A DNA stretch of 33,041 nt from Deltaproteobacteria bacterium (GTDB lineage: Bacteria; Desulfobacterota; Binatia; UBA9968), in assembly GCA_023250495.1 (NCBI GenBank), contig JAHFAP010000011.1:1-33041 (forward strand), in the 5' to 3' direction. The number at the start of each line of letters is the position of its first letter. Positions within the stretch are counted from its first letter, which is position 1. Both the position numbers and the translations under genes were made by a program. A model generated the notes under the pieces. It ran no database searches. It was given only the letters and a program-made list of their open reading frames with translations, and was not told the origin of the DNA. This document shows positions 18,798 through 28,592 of the stretch, one piece after another.

Positions 18798-19247
18798 GTG
18801 GGACTCAAGAGCGAAATTCAGGATGGCATGAAGTCGGCCTTGAAGAGCGGTGACCGGGTCACCCTCTCCACGCTGCGGCTTTTGTTGTCGGCTCTCCATA
18901 ACGAAGAGATCAAGCAGCAGCGAGAACTCAGCACGGATGAGATTCTCAGGACCGTAGCTTCTCATTGCAAGCAGAGACAGGAGTCGATCGAGTACTTTCG
19001 CAAAGGGGGAAGGACCGATTTGTTGGAGCAGGAGGAGGCGGAGCTGGCGGTCCTGCGTCGCATGCTGCCGGAGGCGCCGAGCGAGGAAGAGATCCGCGCC
19101 GCCATCCGGAGTTCCATTGAGGAGTTGGGCGCTAAGGGTATCCAGGACCTGGGAAAAGTGATGAAGCAGGTCATGCCCAAAGTCGCCGGCCGGACTGACG
19201 GCAAACGAGTCAGCGAGCTGGCCAAAGAGATATTGAGCGGTGGATGA
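18798..19247 (+). CDS. GatB/YqeY domain protein
   Basis: MKSALKSGD..LSTLR, KQRQESIEYFRKGGR, DLGKVMKQVM..VAGRTDG; GTG 18798 preferred over TTG 18774. Confidence 0.92.
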   Translation: MGLKSEIQDGMKSALKSGDRVTLSTLRLLLSALHNEEIKQQRELSTDEILRTVASHCKQRQESIEYFRKGGRTDLLEQEEAELAVLRRMLPEAPSEEEIRAAIRSSIEELGAKGIQDLGKVMKQVMPKVAGRTDGKRVSELAKEILSGG

Positions 19248-19309
19248 CGCGCGGGACGCCTCGACTGAGAGGCCGCGCGATCCCTTCCATCGTTGGATGT
19301 AGCCCGTCG

Positions 19310-19843
19310 GTGAATATCGTCGATCCGATCCTGCTTGTCCTTCTCGCGCTCTTTGCCCTGAGGGGCTACTCCAAAGGGCTGTTCCGTGAGGCCTTCTCTC
19401 TGCTGGGACTTTTTGTCGGCTTCATGGTGGCTGTCCGTTACGATGAACCCGTCGCTACCCTCTGGGCAGAGACCTGGAAGTCCTCGTTCATCGCTTTAAG
19501 GGCCATAACGTTTGTCGCCCTTTTCTTTGTAACCTACTTCAGCTTAAATTTGGTGGGTTGGCTTCTCGATCGCTCCGCTTCGCTCCTCTTCCTTCAAGGG
19601 ATCAATCGCATCGGGGGCATTGTGGTGGGAGTGGGGAAAGGGGCGATCATACTGGCTCTGGCGATTTTCTTCCTGAGCACGACACCGTTGCTATCGCAGA
19701 AGGCGAGGCAGGGCTTTGGTCATTCCTATCTCGCTTCCGCTCTCAGTCAGTTGGCCCAGGAGCTGGTCGGATTGGGGAGGGCCAAGCTGCTGGGGCAAAA
19801 GGACTCGCCACGGAGTGACCGTGAGGGTTTTGAATATCTTTAG
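19310..19843 (+). CDS. CvpA family membrane protein
   Basis: NIVDPILL...RGYSKGLFREAFSL, INRIGGIVVG; start 19310 or 19244. Confidence 0.85.
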   Translation: MNIVDPILLVLLALFALRGYSKGLFREAFSLLGLFVGFMVAVRYDEPVATLWAETWKSSFIALRAITFVALFFVTYFSLNLVGWLLDRSASLLFLQGINRIGGIVVGVGKGAIILALAIFFLSTTPLLSQKARQGFGHSYLASALSQLAQELVGLGRAKLLGQKDSPRSDREGFEYL

Positions 19844-21582
19844 GCGCGGCGCATGATCCCGGAAGAAAAAATCTCGCAGATCCGCGATCGCGCTTCCATC
19901 GTGGAGGTGATCTCGGATCACCTGACGCTGAAAAAGGCGGGCCGTAATTACCTGGGGCTTTGCCCGTTTCACTCGGAAAAGAGCCCTTCCTTTACGGTGA
20001 GCGAGGAAAAGGGTATCTTTCACTGCTTCGGCTGCGGCGCTGGTGGAAGCGTCTTTCATTTCCTGATGCAGTATGATCATCTGAGCTTCCCTGAGGCGGT
20101 GGAGCGCGTAGGCAGGCGCTATGGGATCGTGGTGGAGCGGCTCGAAGCGCCTGGAGCGAGGAGAGACACCGAGCAGAGAGAATCCCTCTACCGCGTCAAC
20201 GAGAGAGCTGCAGCCTATTTTCATGAGCTGCTGTTCGGCCATCCCGAGGGAAAACGCGCGTTGGAATATCTTAAGTCTCGCGGCGTGGACGATCGAGTGG
20301 CGCGGCGCTTCTATCTCGGCTACGCCCCGCAGGCGGGTCAGGGGCTGGTCGGTTTTCTAAAAAGAGAGGGGCTGTCGCTAAAAGACGCGACGCGCTTGGG
20401 GCTGATCAGCGACAGAGGGGCGGACCGCTACGGGGAAAAGTTCTTTGGCCGGCTCATCTTCCCGATTGCCGACGCTGCCGGGAAGGTCGTAGGCTTCGGT
20501 GGGAGGGTGATCGGGCAGGGCCTGCCCAAGTATCTCAACTCGTCCGAGACCCCGCTGTTTCACAAGGGAGCTACCCTGTACGGCCTGTTTCAAGCCAAGG
20601 AGACGATCCGGGAGAAAGATCGGCTGATCGTCGTGGAAGGCTACCTGGACGTGGTTGCCTTGTCTCAGTTCGGTGTCACCGACGTGGTCGCGACACTTGG
20701 AACTGCGCTCACGCCGGATCACGTGCGCATTTTGGCACGCTACACGAAAAACATTATCGCGCTGTTCGATGGGGATGAGGCGGGACGAAAGGCGGCGGCC
20801 CGGAGTTTTGAGATCTTCCTTGAAGGAGGGTTGTTGGGACGCGGCGCCTTCTTGCCCAAGGGAGAGGACCCTGACACCTTTGTCCGCTCCAACGGAAAAG
20901 AATCATTGGAGAAGATCATCGACCAGGCCGTTCCTCTTGCCGATTACTATTTTACCTGGCTGGAGGAGCGCCACGGCCGCAGCCTTGAGGGAAAAAGCCA
21001 GATCGCCCAGGAGATCAATCGGATCCTGGCAAAGGTGCGCAATCCCTTTGAAGCCGATCTACTGGTCCGGCGGGCGGTTGACATGTTGGGCATCAGGGAG
21101 AATCTGCTGCGCGCGCCGCTGCGCGCCTCGGGCGAGGCTCGGCGCCCGGCGGCTCCAGGGCCGCCCGCGAGCGCGGTTCAGTTGGAAGCCAGGGAGGACA
21201 TGGCGGAGTGCTCCTTGGTGGCCCTCATGCTTCGTTTTCCCTCGATGATTCAGCGCATGGAGCAGGAAGCGGAGCTGGAGCGGCTGGTCAGCCCGGCGTG
21301 GAACGAAGTGCTCCAGGGGATCGTGGCGCAGTGGCGGGAGCAGGGCAATGTGGATGGGGCGCGCCTGGCCCAGAGTTTTTCCCCGGAACGCGCGTCTCAG
21401 ATCGCCGGCCTGATCCTCGAAGGGGAGAAGATCGCCGAAGAGGACGCTGAAAAGATCATGGGGGATTGCATCGCCCATCTGCGCAGGAGGCAGCTCAGGA
21501 GCCTGCAGCGGGATCTCAGGCGAGCGATCCGAATCGCGGAAGAAAAAAAGGATGAGAAGACCAAAAAAGAAAGGATGCTGGA

Positions 21583-23451
<1,869 letters not shown>

Positions 23452-23503
23452 GGCGAATTTGGCTGGATGGCTCTTGCAAATGTAGCCAGAATCTGCGAGC
23501 CTT

Positions 23504-23543
23504 TGATTTCAATTCAAAATTCATAATTCATCCTTCATAATTG
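23504..23543. repeat. Heptamer-period tract (CATAATT-like), single arm
   Basis: ttcaatt caaaatt cataatt catcctt cataatt immediately upstream of the tRNA. Confidence 0.55.
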
Positions 23544-23552
23544 TCTTTTCAC

Positions 23553-23629
23553 GGGCCCATAGCTCAGCTGGTTAGAGCCACCGGCTCATAACCGGTAGGT
23601 CCCTGGTTCGAATCCAGGTGGGCCCACCA
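23553..23629 (+). tRNA. tRNA with CAT anticodon, most likely tRNA-Ile2 (lysidine)
   Basis: Full cloverleaf: GGGCCCA/TGGGCCC acceptor, GCTC/GAGC D arm, ACCGG-CTCATAA-CCGGT, CCTGG-TTCGAAT-CCAGG, encoded CCA. C4-G69/C5-G68 pairs and position after rpoD favour Ile2 over Met. Confidence 0.93.
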
Positions 23630-23651
23630 AATTTTTGCTCCGCGAAAATTT

Positions 23652-23811
23652 AGAGCATTGGAGCATGGGACAATGGAACATTAGGCCAGTGTGACAATGC
23701 GGTCTACTGATCCATTGTTCTATTGGTCTCCGTTTTGAGACCAAGGGTCCATTCGACAATGGAACATTGGAGAATGTGTCCAATGCGGTCCACTGATCCA
23801 CTGCTCTATTG
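23652..23811. repeat. Octamer-period palindromic element, copy A
   Basis: gagcattg gagcatgg gacaatgg aacattag...; two internal units 86 bp apart; central TTGGTCTC/GAGACCAA hairpin; 23693-23797 matches 25209-25313 at 104/105. Confidence 0.85.
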
Positions 23812-23865
23812 CTCGCTCGCTTTCCCCGCTTTCATTTTCTGAGCATCAGTCAAATTTCTATTGCT

Positions 23866-24024
23866 CTACTGCTCGCGTTTATCCGTACTCTTAATCAGCG
23901 CTGTGAGCATCTTAGACAGAACTTCCAGCTCCGCCTTCAGATCCGCGCACTTCTCCTCGGTTATCAACTTTTCGCGTTTGCAAAGCTCCAGCACGGGTAC
24001 GCACTCGAAGGCAGACCCTCGGGC
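23866..24024 (-). pseudogene. 3' half of a four-helix-bundle protein gene (23S rRNA IVP / TIGR02436-like)
   Basis: Hand translation ARGSAFECVPVLELCKREKLITEEKCADLKAELEVLSKMLTALIKSTDKREQ* fits the family's ARGSxxE...L..I/L.KML..LI pattern. The 5' half is replaced by IS sequence. Not in the ORF track. Confidence 0.75.
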
Positions 24025-24026
24025 AT

Positions 24027-24380
24027 TGAACTCGTTCAGATACATGTGAGAAAGATTTGAGTTAAAAGGGAGGGGTTCTTAAGGAGAACCTCTCCATGAC
24101 TTTCTTTGGACTGAATTGGCAATTCAACTGGGTATCTCGATACGGCAATGTCGAGCTGACACCTAAGGAGCGGGATCGGCTGAGAGCCCTAGCACTGTGG
24201 CAAGAAACTAAGGATGTAAAGCTAGTCTGTCGCACCTTCCAGATGAGCCAGGCTACTCTGTATCGGTGGCGCAAGCGCTTCAATCCTCACGATCTGGGAT
24301 CACTCAAGGAGCACTGCCGTTGCCCTAAGCACGTACGCTCTGCTCGCGACGGACCGCGCTGTCGACAGAGTTGCTTTTGA
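24027..24380 (+). mobile_element. Truncated IS481-like element: putative left end plus N-terminal HTH of transposase (ORF 24096-24380)
   Basis: RLRALALWQ...VCRTFQMSQATLYRWRKRF...GSLKEHCRCPKH resembles an IS481-type N-terminus; no DDE core; putative end TGAACTCGTTCAGATACATGTGAGA at the four-helix gene breakpoint. Confidence 0.65.
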
Positions 24381-24484
24381 ACCGAAACCGTTTCGGTTTT
24401 TGTGGGACTCCGTGGAGTGAAAGCGGGACTTTTAGGGATGATGGTGAGAGGGGCGCTTTTCTTTCCGTGCTGGTTCGAATCCAG
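24381..24484 (+). repeat. 104-bp direct repeat copy 1 (att-like arm + tRNA T-arm core)
   Basis: 94/104 identical to 25017-25120, ungapped; begins with palindrome ACCGAAAC-C-GTTTCGGT and ends with CTGG-TTCGAAT-CCAG. Confidence 0.9.
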
Positions 24485-24576
24485 AACCTTTTTTAAGGTA
24501 CCCCCCTCTCGGTCTTATTGCGTCGGTAACGCATCCTATGGTATTGTCCACTTGAACGAACCGACAGGAAAAATCC

Positions 24577-24792
24577 ATGGCTCACAAATACCTGGTCACT
24601 CTGACTCAAGGGGAAGACGGTTACATCGTGGCAGAGTGCCCCTCCCTTCCGGGATGTGTCTCTCAGGGAAAGAGCCGCGAAGAGGCCCTTAAGAACATCC
24701 AGGAGGCCATCGAGGGGATTGTTGAAGTCCGCAAGGCCCAGGATCTTCCTATACCTTCCCCTGACATCGTAGAGATCAGCGTAGCCGCTTAA
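24577..24792 (+). CDS. hicB: HicB family antitoxin (short form)
   Basis: EDGYIVAECPSLPGCVSQGKSREEALKNIQEAI. Confidence 0.92.
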   Translation: MAHKYLVTLTQGEDGYIVAECPSLPGCVSQGKSREEALKNIQEAIEGIVEVRKAQDLPIPSPDIVEISVAA

Positions 24793-25010
24793 TGGCCTCG
24801 CTCCCCGTCATCTCGGGCCGAGAGGCGGTCAAGGCATTCCAAAAGCTAGGTTTTCTTTTCCATCACCAGAGAGGAAGCCACATAATTCTCTACCACGCTA
24901 ACGGGCGGCATCTCTCCGTCCCAGATCACAAAGAACTCGACCGGGGAACTTTGAGAGCACTCATCCGCGGGGCTGGCGTCACGGTGGATGAGTTTGTAAA
25001 GCTGCTCTAG
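24792..25010 (+). CDS. hicA: HicA family toxin (mRNA interferase)
   Basis: LPVISGREAVKAFQKLGF...QRGSHIIL...VPDHKELDRGTLRALIR; TAATG coupling to hicB. Confidence 0.92.
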   Translation: MASLPVISGREAVKAFQKLGFLFHHQRGSHIILYHANGRHLSVPDHKELDRGTLRALIRGAGVTVDEFVKLL

Positions 25011-25016
25011 CGAAAG

Positions 25017-25129
25017 ACCGAAACCGTTTCGGTTTTTGTGGGGCTTCGTAGGGTAAAAGCGGGACTTTTGGGGATGACGGTAAGAGAGGCGCTTTTCTTT
25101 CCGTGCTGGTTCGAATCCGGGTGGGCCCA
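25017..25129 (+). repeat. 104-bp direct repeat copy 2 extended by the tRNA 3' acceptor strand (attR-like)
   Basis: Copy of 24381-24484 continuing as GTGGGCCCA, the tRNA 3' end without CCA. Confidence 0.9.
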
Positions 25130-25167
25130 GAAAATAAAAAGCCCGGGTTCCCGGGTTTTTTATTTTC
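25130..25167. terminator. Bidirectional Rho-independent terminator after the displaced tRNA 3' end
   Basis: GAAAATAAAAAGCCCGGG-TT-CCCGGGTTTTTTATTTTC inverted repeat with A and T tails. Confidence 0.8.
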
Positions 25168-25337
25168 AGAGCATTGGAGCAGTGGAGAGTGGAGCAATGG
25201 GTTGGGGCGACAATGCGGTCTACTGATCCATTGTTCTATTGGTCTCCGTTTTGAGACCAAGGGTCCATTCGACATTGGAACATTGGAGAATGTGTCCAAT
25301 GCGGTCCACTGATGTACTGCTCGTGTTGATCCGTACT
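25168..25337. repeat. Octamer-period palindromic element, copy B, with 3' tip of the four-helix-bundle gene
   Basis: Colinear with copy A at offset 1516; 25315-25337 matches 23867-23889 at 21/23. Confidence 0.85.
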
Positions 25338-25383
25338 TCATCTTCGCCCTGAACAGGCTGCGAATGTGAGGCAAAATCCCGCC

Positions 25384-25412
25384 TTGACAAGAGCCGCCGC
25401 ATGCTCCAGAAT
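25384..25412 (+). promoter_or_regulatory. Possible sigma70 promoter of the VOC gene
   Basis: TTGACA-17 bp-CAGAAT. Confidence 0.4.
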
Positions 25413-25523
25413 CTTGCCAGCGTTTGGACCGCTTTGAAGGTGAAGATCTCCGGTCGTATGGCTCCGCTTGCCCTTCGAGCGGTTTAAGATGTCAAATAAA
25501 ATCACTGACGCAAGGGGGGAGAT

Positions 25524-26069
25524 ATGGCAAGCACTAATGTTCAGTTTCAATCGGTCGAGTCAAACGAGCAGACGACTCCGGTCCGGATCAAAAAGATCGG
25601 TCACGTGGTGTTAAGCGTTAGCGATATCGAGCGGAGCAGCAAGTTCTGGACTGAGATCATGGGCTTTAACTTCTCCGACCGGAACGAAAACGGCATGGTC
25701 TTTTTCCGCAACGCGACGGATCATCATACCATTGCGCTGATTCAAGCTAAGGAAAAAAACGAACTGCCCAAACGAGGGCAAGTGGGGTTTGATCATATGG
25801 CCCTTGAGGTCAGCAGCGTTTCGGAGCTCTTCAAGATTCGCGACTTCCTGCGCTCCAAAGGCGTCGAGATCTTTTATGAAGGACGCCGCGGACCTGGGGG
25901 GAATCCGGGCGTCGAATTCTACGATCCAGACGGTTATAAGATTGAAATCTATGCTGCCATGGATCAGATCGGCACCAATGGCAAAAGCCGCCCGGCTAAC
26001 GAGTGGAAGCGCGCCACGACGCTCGAAGAGGCGGTGGCGAATCCTTTGCCCGGAGCCAAGTACACCTAG
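25524..26069 (+). CDS. VOC family protein (glyoxalase / extradiol dioxygenase-like)
   Basis: KIGHVVLSVSDIERS..FWTEIMGF, DHHTIAL, FDHMALEV, FYDPDGYKIEIY. Confidence 0.88.
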   Translation: MASTNVQFQSVESNEQTTPVRIKKIGHVVLSVSDIERSSKFWTEIMGFNFSDRNENGMVFFRNATDHHTIALIQAKEKNELPKRGQVGFDHMALEVSSVSELFKIRDFLRSKGVEIFYEGRRGPGGNPGVEFYDPDGYKIEIYAAMDQIGTNGKSRPANEWKRATTLEEAVANPLPGAKYT

Positions 26070-26083
26070 TCCTCGCTTTGCTC

Positions 26084-26138
26084 GGAATCTCAAATTTCAG
26101 ATCTCATATGCGATCTGAGATTTGTCATCTGCAATCCC
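26084..26138. repeat. Heptamer-period palindromic element (AATyTCA / ATyTGnn)
   Basis: aatctca aatttca gatctca ... gatctgag atttgtc atctgca atcc. Confidence 0.65.
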
Positions 26139-26208
26139 GAAGGGCGCGCTCTCGCCTGTCAAGGCTCGTCTATCTCGGTCTGCAGCATGTCGCGGCTGTA
26201 GAAACGCA

Positions 26209-27342
26209 ATGATCTCCATCCAAGGCCTCAGCAAAGAGTTCGCCGTGAGCGGCGGCAACGTCGCGGCGATCAAGGGGCTGGACCTCGAAGTGGCCGAAGG
26301 CGAGTTCTTCGTCATCGTCGGCGCCAGCGGTTCCGGCAAGACCACGCTGCTCCGCTGCGTCGCCGGTCTGGAGCTTCCCGACAAGGGCACGATCCGCATC
26401 GCCGGCCAGGTGGTTTCGTCGGACAATCCACCCACCTCGGTTCCGTCCCAGCAGCGCAGGCTCGGAATGGTCTTTCAGTCTTACGCTGTCTGGCCCCACC
26501 TCACCGTCTATGAAAACGTCGCCCTGCCTTTGGCTGAAGGCGCGCAACGGGTGCCGCGCCGTGAAGTCGCAAGCCGCGCGCGCGAAGCTCTGCGCCTGGT
26601 TCAGCTTGAAGAGGTGGCCGACCGCTCGGCAACATTGCTCTCAGGCGGGCAGCAGCAGCGCGTCGCGCTTGCCCGCGCCATCGCCGTCAACCCGAGAATT
26701 CTCCTGATGGACGAGCCGCTGAGCAATCTCGACGCGCGTCTGAGGGAAGAGGTGCGGGGCAAGATCCGCGAGTTGGCTAAGCAGCTCGGGGCCACCGTGC
26801 TTTATGTGACGCATGACCAGGTTGAAGCGATGGCGATGGCGGACCGGATCGCGCTCATGCAGGCGGGCGAGTTTCTTCAGGTCGGATCGCCGACGGAGCT
26901 GTACCGCGATCCGGCCCGAGTCGAGGTGGCCGAGTTTTTCGGGCTGATGAACTGGCTGAAGGGGAGGGTCGTTCAGCCTGGACTGGCCGAGACGCCGATC
27001 GGACCGCTGCGCTTCAAGGGAGCGGCGGCGCCCGCAGGCGAGGTCCTTCTCGGCTTCCGCCCTGAATGCGTCGCGATCCTGGAGTCGGCATCTCACGCCG
27101 AATCGAACAGCTTTCCCGCCGCGCTGCGCTCGAGCATGTTTTTGGGCGATCAGTTGGTTTATCACGCGGCGGTGGGCGAGCAGCTTTTTGCGGGAAAGTG
27201 CCGCACCGTCGCTGCGTGCTCCGGCGGCCGCCTGCAGCTCTACATCGACCCTGACGATGTGATGCTCTTTTCGGCGGGTAAGAGAGTCGACCAGGAGACG
27301 GCTGCGGCACGGCCGTCAGCCGCGGTCAGAGCCGCCGGTTAG
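26209..27342 (+). CDS. ABC transporter ATP-binding protein (FbpC/PotA-like)
   Basis: GASGSGKTT, VFQSYAVWPH, LSGGQQQRVALARA, MDEPLSNLD, YVTHDQVEA; ATG 26209 preferred. Confidence 0.92.
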   Translation: MISIQGLSKEFAVSGGNVAAIKGLDLEVAEGEFFVIVGASGSGKTTLLRCVAGLELPDKGTIRIAGQVVSSDNPPTSVPSQQRRLGMVFQSYAVWPHLTVYENVALPLAEGAQRVPRREVASRAREALRLVQLEEVADRSATLLSGGQQQRVALARAIAVNPRILLMDEPLSNLDARLREEVRGKIRELAKQLGATVLYVTHDQVEAMAMADRIALMQAGEFLQVGSPTELYRDPARVEVAEFFGLMNWLKGRVVQPGLAETPIGPLRFKGAAAPAGEVLLGFRPECVAILESASHAESNSFPAALRSSMFLGDQLVYHAAVGEQLFAGKCRTVAACSGGRLQLYIDPDDVMLFSAGKRVDQETAAARPSAAVRAAG

Positions 27343-27419
27343 CGTAGAGCGTTGCATCCCCGCCGGCCTTCGCGGTAAGGTCCGTGTTACCACCGCCAGT
27401 CTATAAGGAGGACTTCTGT

Positions 27420-28535
27420 ATGTCCGCACAACGTAAGAGTACAAGGCTGAGGCCGGTCTCTTTAATCTTTTCCGCTTTGGTTCTGTTCGTCTTTGCGGCA
27501 ACGACGCATGGGGCGCCGGCGGCCACGGTTGCCCAGTTCGTCGAAGGGGCGAAAAAAGAGGGAACGATCCGAGGGCAGTGGTCGCAGAACAGCTTCGGCG
27601 GCAGCGAGGGGTTCGCGGAGATCCTAGCCGGAGTGAACAAAAAATATGGTCTCGGTCTCAAGGGGCAGTTCACTCCCGGTCCGGATATGCAGGCGCTGAT
27701 GCTCCGCATCGCCCAAGAGGCGGCGGCAGGCCAGCCGGCCAGCACCGATCTCTATATGGGAAATTCCCAGGCGATCTTCGATGCCTTGAAGGCTCAAGTT
27801 CTGAAGCCCGTGGAATGGACTGCGATCCTGGACCGGCGTCCCGCGACGGAGCCGGGTTTCGATCCGATCGCCTCCGACGGCACTCACATGGCGGTTGCCA
27901 CCGCAGTTGTCGGGATTGAGTACAACACCAACCTCGTCAAAGGAGCGGACATCCCGAAGCGGCTCGAGGACGTACTGAATCCTAAATGGAAGGGGCGGAT
28001 CGCCTCGACCCCCTACGCGGCGGGAATGCGAGAGCTTGCTATGCCCGGCTTTTTAGGGCGCGAGTACATCGTCGAATATACAAAAAAACTCTCCAAGCAG
28101 ATCGGCGGCTTGATCCGCTGCGGCGAGGCGGAGCGTCTCACCAGCGGTGAGTTCGTCATGCTGGTGCTTACCTGCGGCGGCAACGACGCCACCGTGCTGC
28201 AAAGAAGCGGCGCGCCTTTAGCCCAAACAGTGGTGCAAGAGGGCACTGTCCTGCACATGAGATACGCGGCGGTGCCCAAGAATTCTCGGTCGCCGAATGC
28301 CGCGGCCTTGTTTGCCGCTTATTTGTTTACTCCCGAGGGACAGGCGCTGCTCTGGAAGCACGATGGGCTGGATCTCCATCTCTTCCCTGACTCTCACATG
28401 AAGAAAGATGTGGATACAGTGCGGGCCGCAGGCGGCAAGGTGGTGGTCAACACGCCGCAGTGGCTTGGGTCGCTCAAAGGCTACTCGGAGACGCAGAAGG
28501 AGTTGGAGAAGATCCTGCGCGAGGGGGGCCGGTAA
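27420..28535 (+). CDS. ABC transporter substrate-binding protein (Fe3+/thiamine/polyamine-like)
   Basis: AAGGAGG RBS, signal peptide, GAKKEG, YNTNLV..PKRLEDVLNPKWKG, PNAAALF..YLFTPEGQ. Confidence 0.85.
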   Translation: MSAQRKSTRLRPVSLIFSALVLFVFAATTHGAPAATVAQFVEGAKKEGTIRGQWSQNSFGGSEGFAEILAGVNKKYGLGLKGQFTPGPDMQALMLRIAQEAAAGQPASTDLYMGNSQAIFDALKAQVLKPVEWTAILDRRPATEPGFDPIASDGTHMAVATAVVGIEYNTNLVKGADIPKRLEDVLNPKWKGRIASTPYAAGMRELAMPGFLGREYIVEYTKKLSKQIGGLIRCGEAERLTSGEFVMLVLTCGGNDATVLQRSGAPLAQTVVQEGTVLHMRYAAVPKNSRSPNAAALFAAYLFTPEGQALLWKHDGLDLHLFPDSHMKKDVDTVRAAGGKVVVNTPQWLGSLKGYSETQKELEKILREGGR

Positions 28536-28547
28536 GAACAAAAAATT

Positions 28548-28579
28548 ACGCCATGCGCTAAGCGCAGAGCGCTAGGCGT
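28548..28579. repeat. Short heptamer-period GCGCTAn tract with inverted ends
   Basis: acgccat gcgctaa gcgcaga gcgctag gcgt. Confidence 0.5.
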
Positions 28580-28592
28580 GAGTGGAACGCCG

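Larger units (their letters stand above)
23603..25129. mobile_element. Degenerate tRNA-anchored island without integrase
   Basis: tRNA 3' sequence CTGGTTCGAATCCAGGTGGGCCCA (23603-23626) recurs at 25106-25129 (23/24) and its first 15 bp recur at 24470-24484. Cargo is gene remnants and a TA pair. Confidence 0.7.

Noticed and set aside
23652-23811. Mini CRISPR array (31-bp near-repeat, 86 bp apart)
   Set aside because: Only two degenerate units, the intervening DNA is itself repeat-derived, and no cas genes are in the window.
24340-24380. Possible last codons of a tyrosine integrase (DRAVDRVAF) before the att-like arm
   Set aside because: Too short, with no catalytic Tyr/His motif visible; cannot be supported.
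24381-25120. Direct repeats as a DGR template/variable pair, given the Avd-like fold nearby
   Set aside because: There is no reverse transcriptase, the differences are two-way transitions rather than A-to-N, and neither copy lies in a target gene.
24470-25129. Extra tRNA genes at the GGTTCGAATCC motifs
   Set aside because: No D arm, anticodon arm or 5' acceptor strand precedes them; they are 3' fragments only.
24402-25226. Paired ORFs starting MGLRxVKAGLLGM (24402 and 25038) as duplicated small genes
   Set aside because: They are translations of the 104-bp repeat and diverge right after it. Six of nine substitutions fall at third positions, but that is too few to be convincing, and there is no RBS.
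23586-25402. Similar minus-strand ORFs containing QWTALDTFSNVP (23586-23801, 24979-25374)
   Set aside because: They are translations of the duplicated octamer element and run antisense into tRNA sequence.
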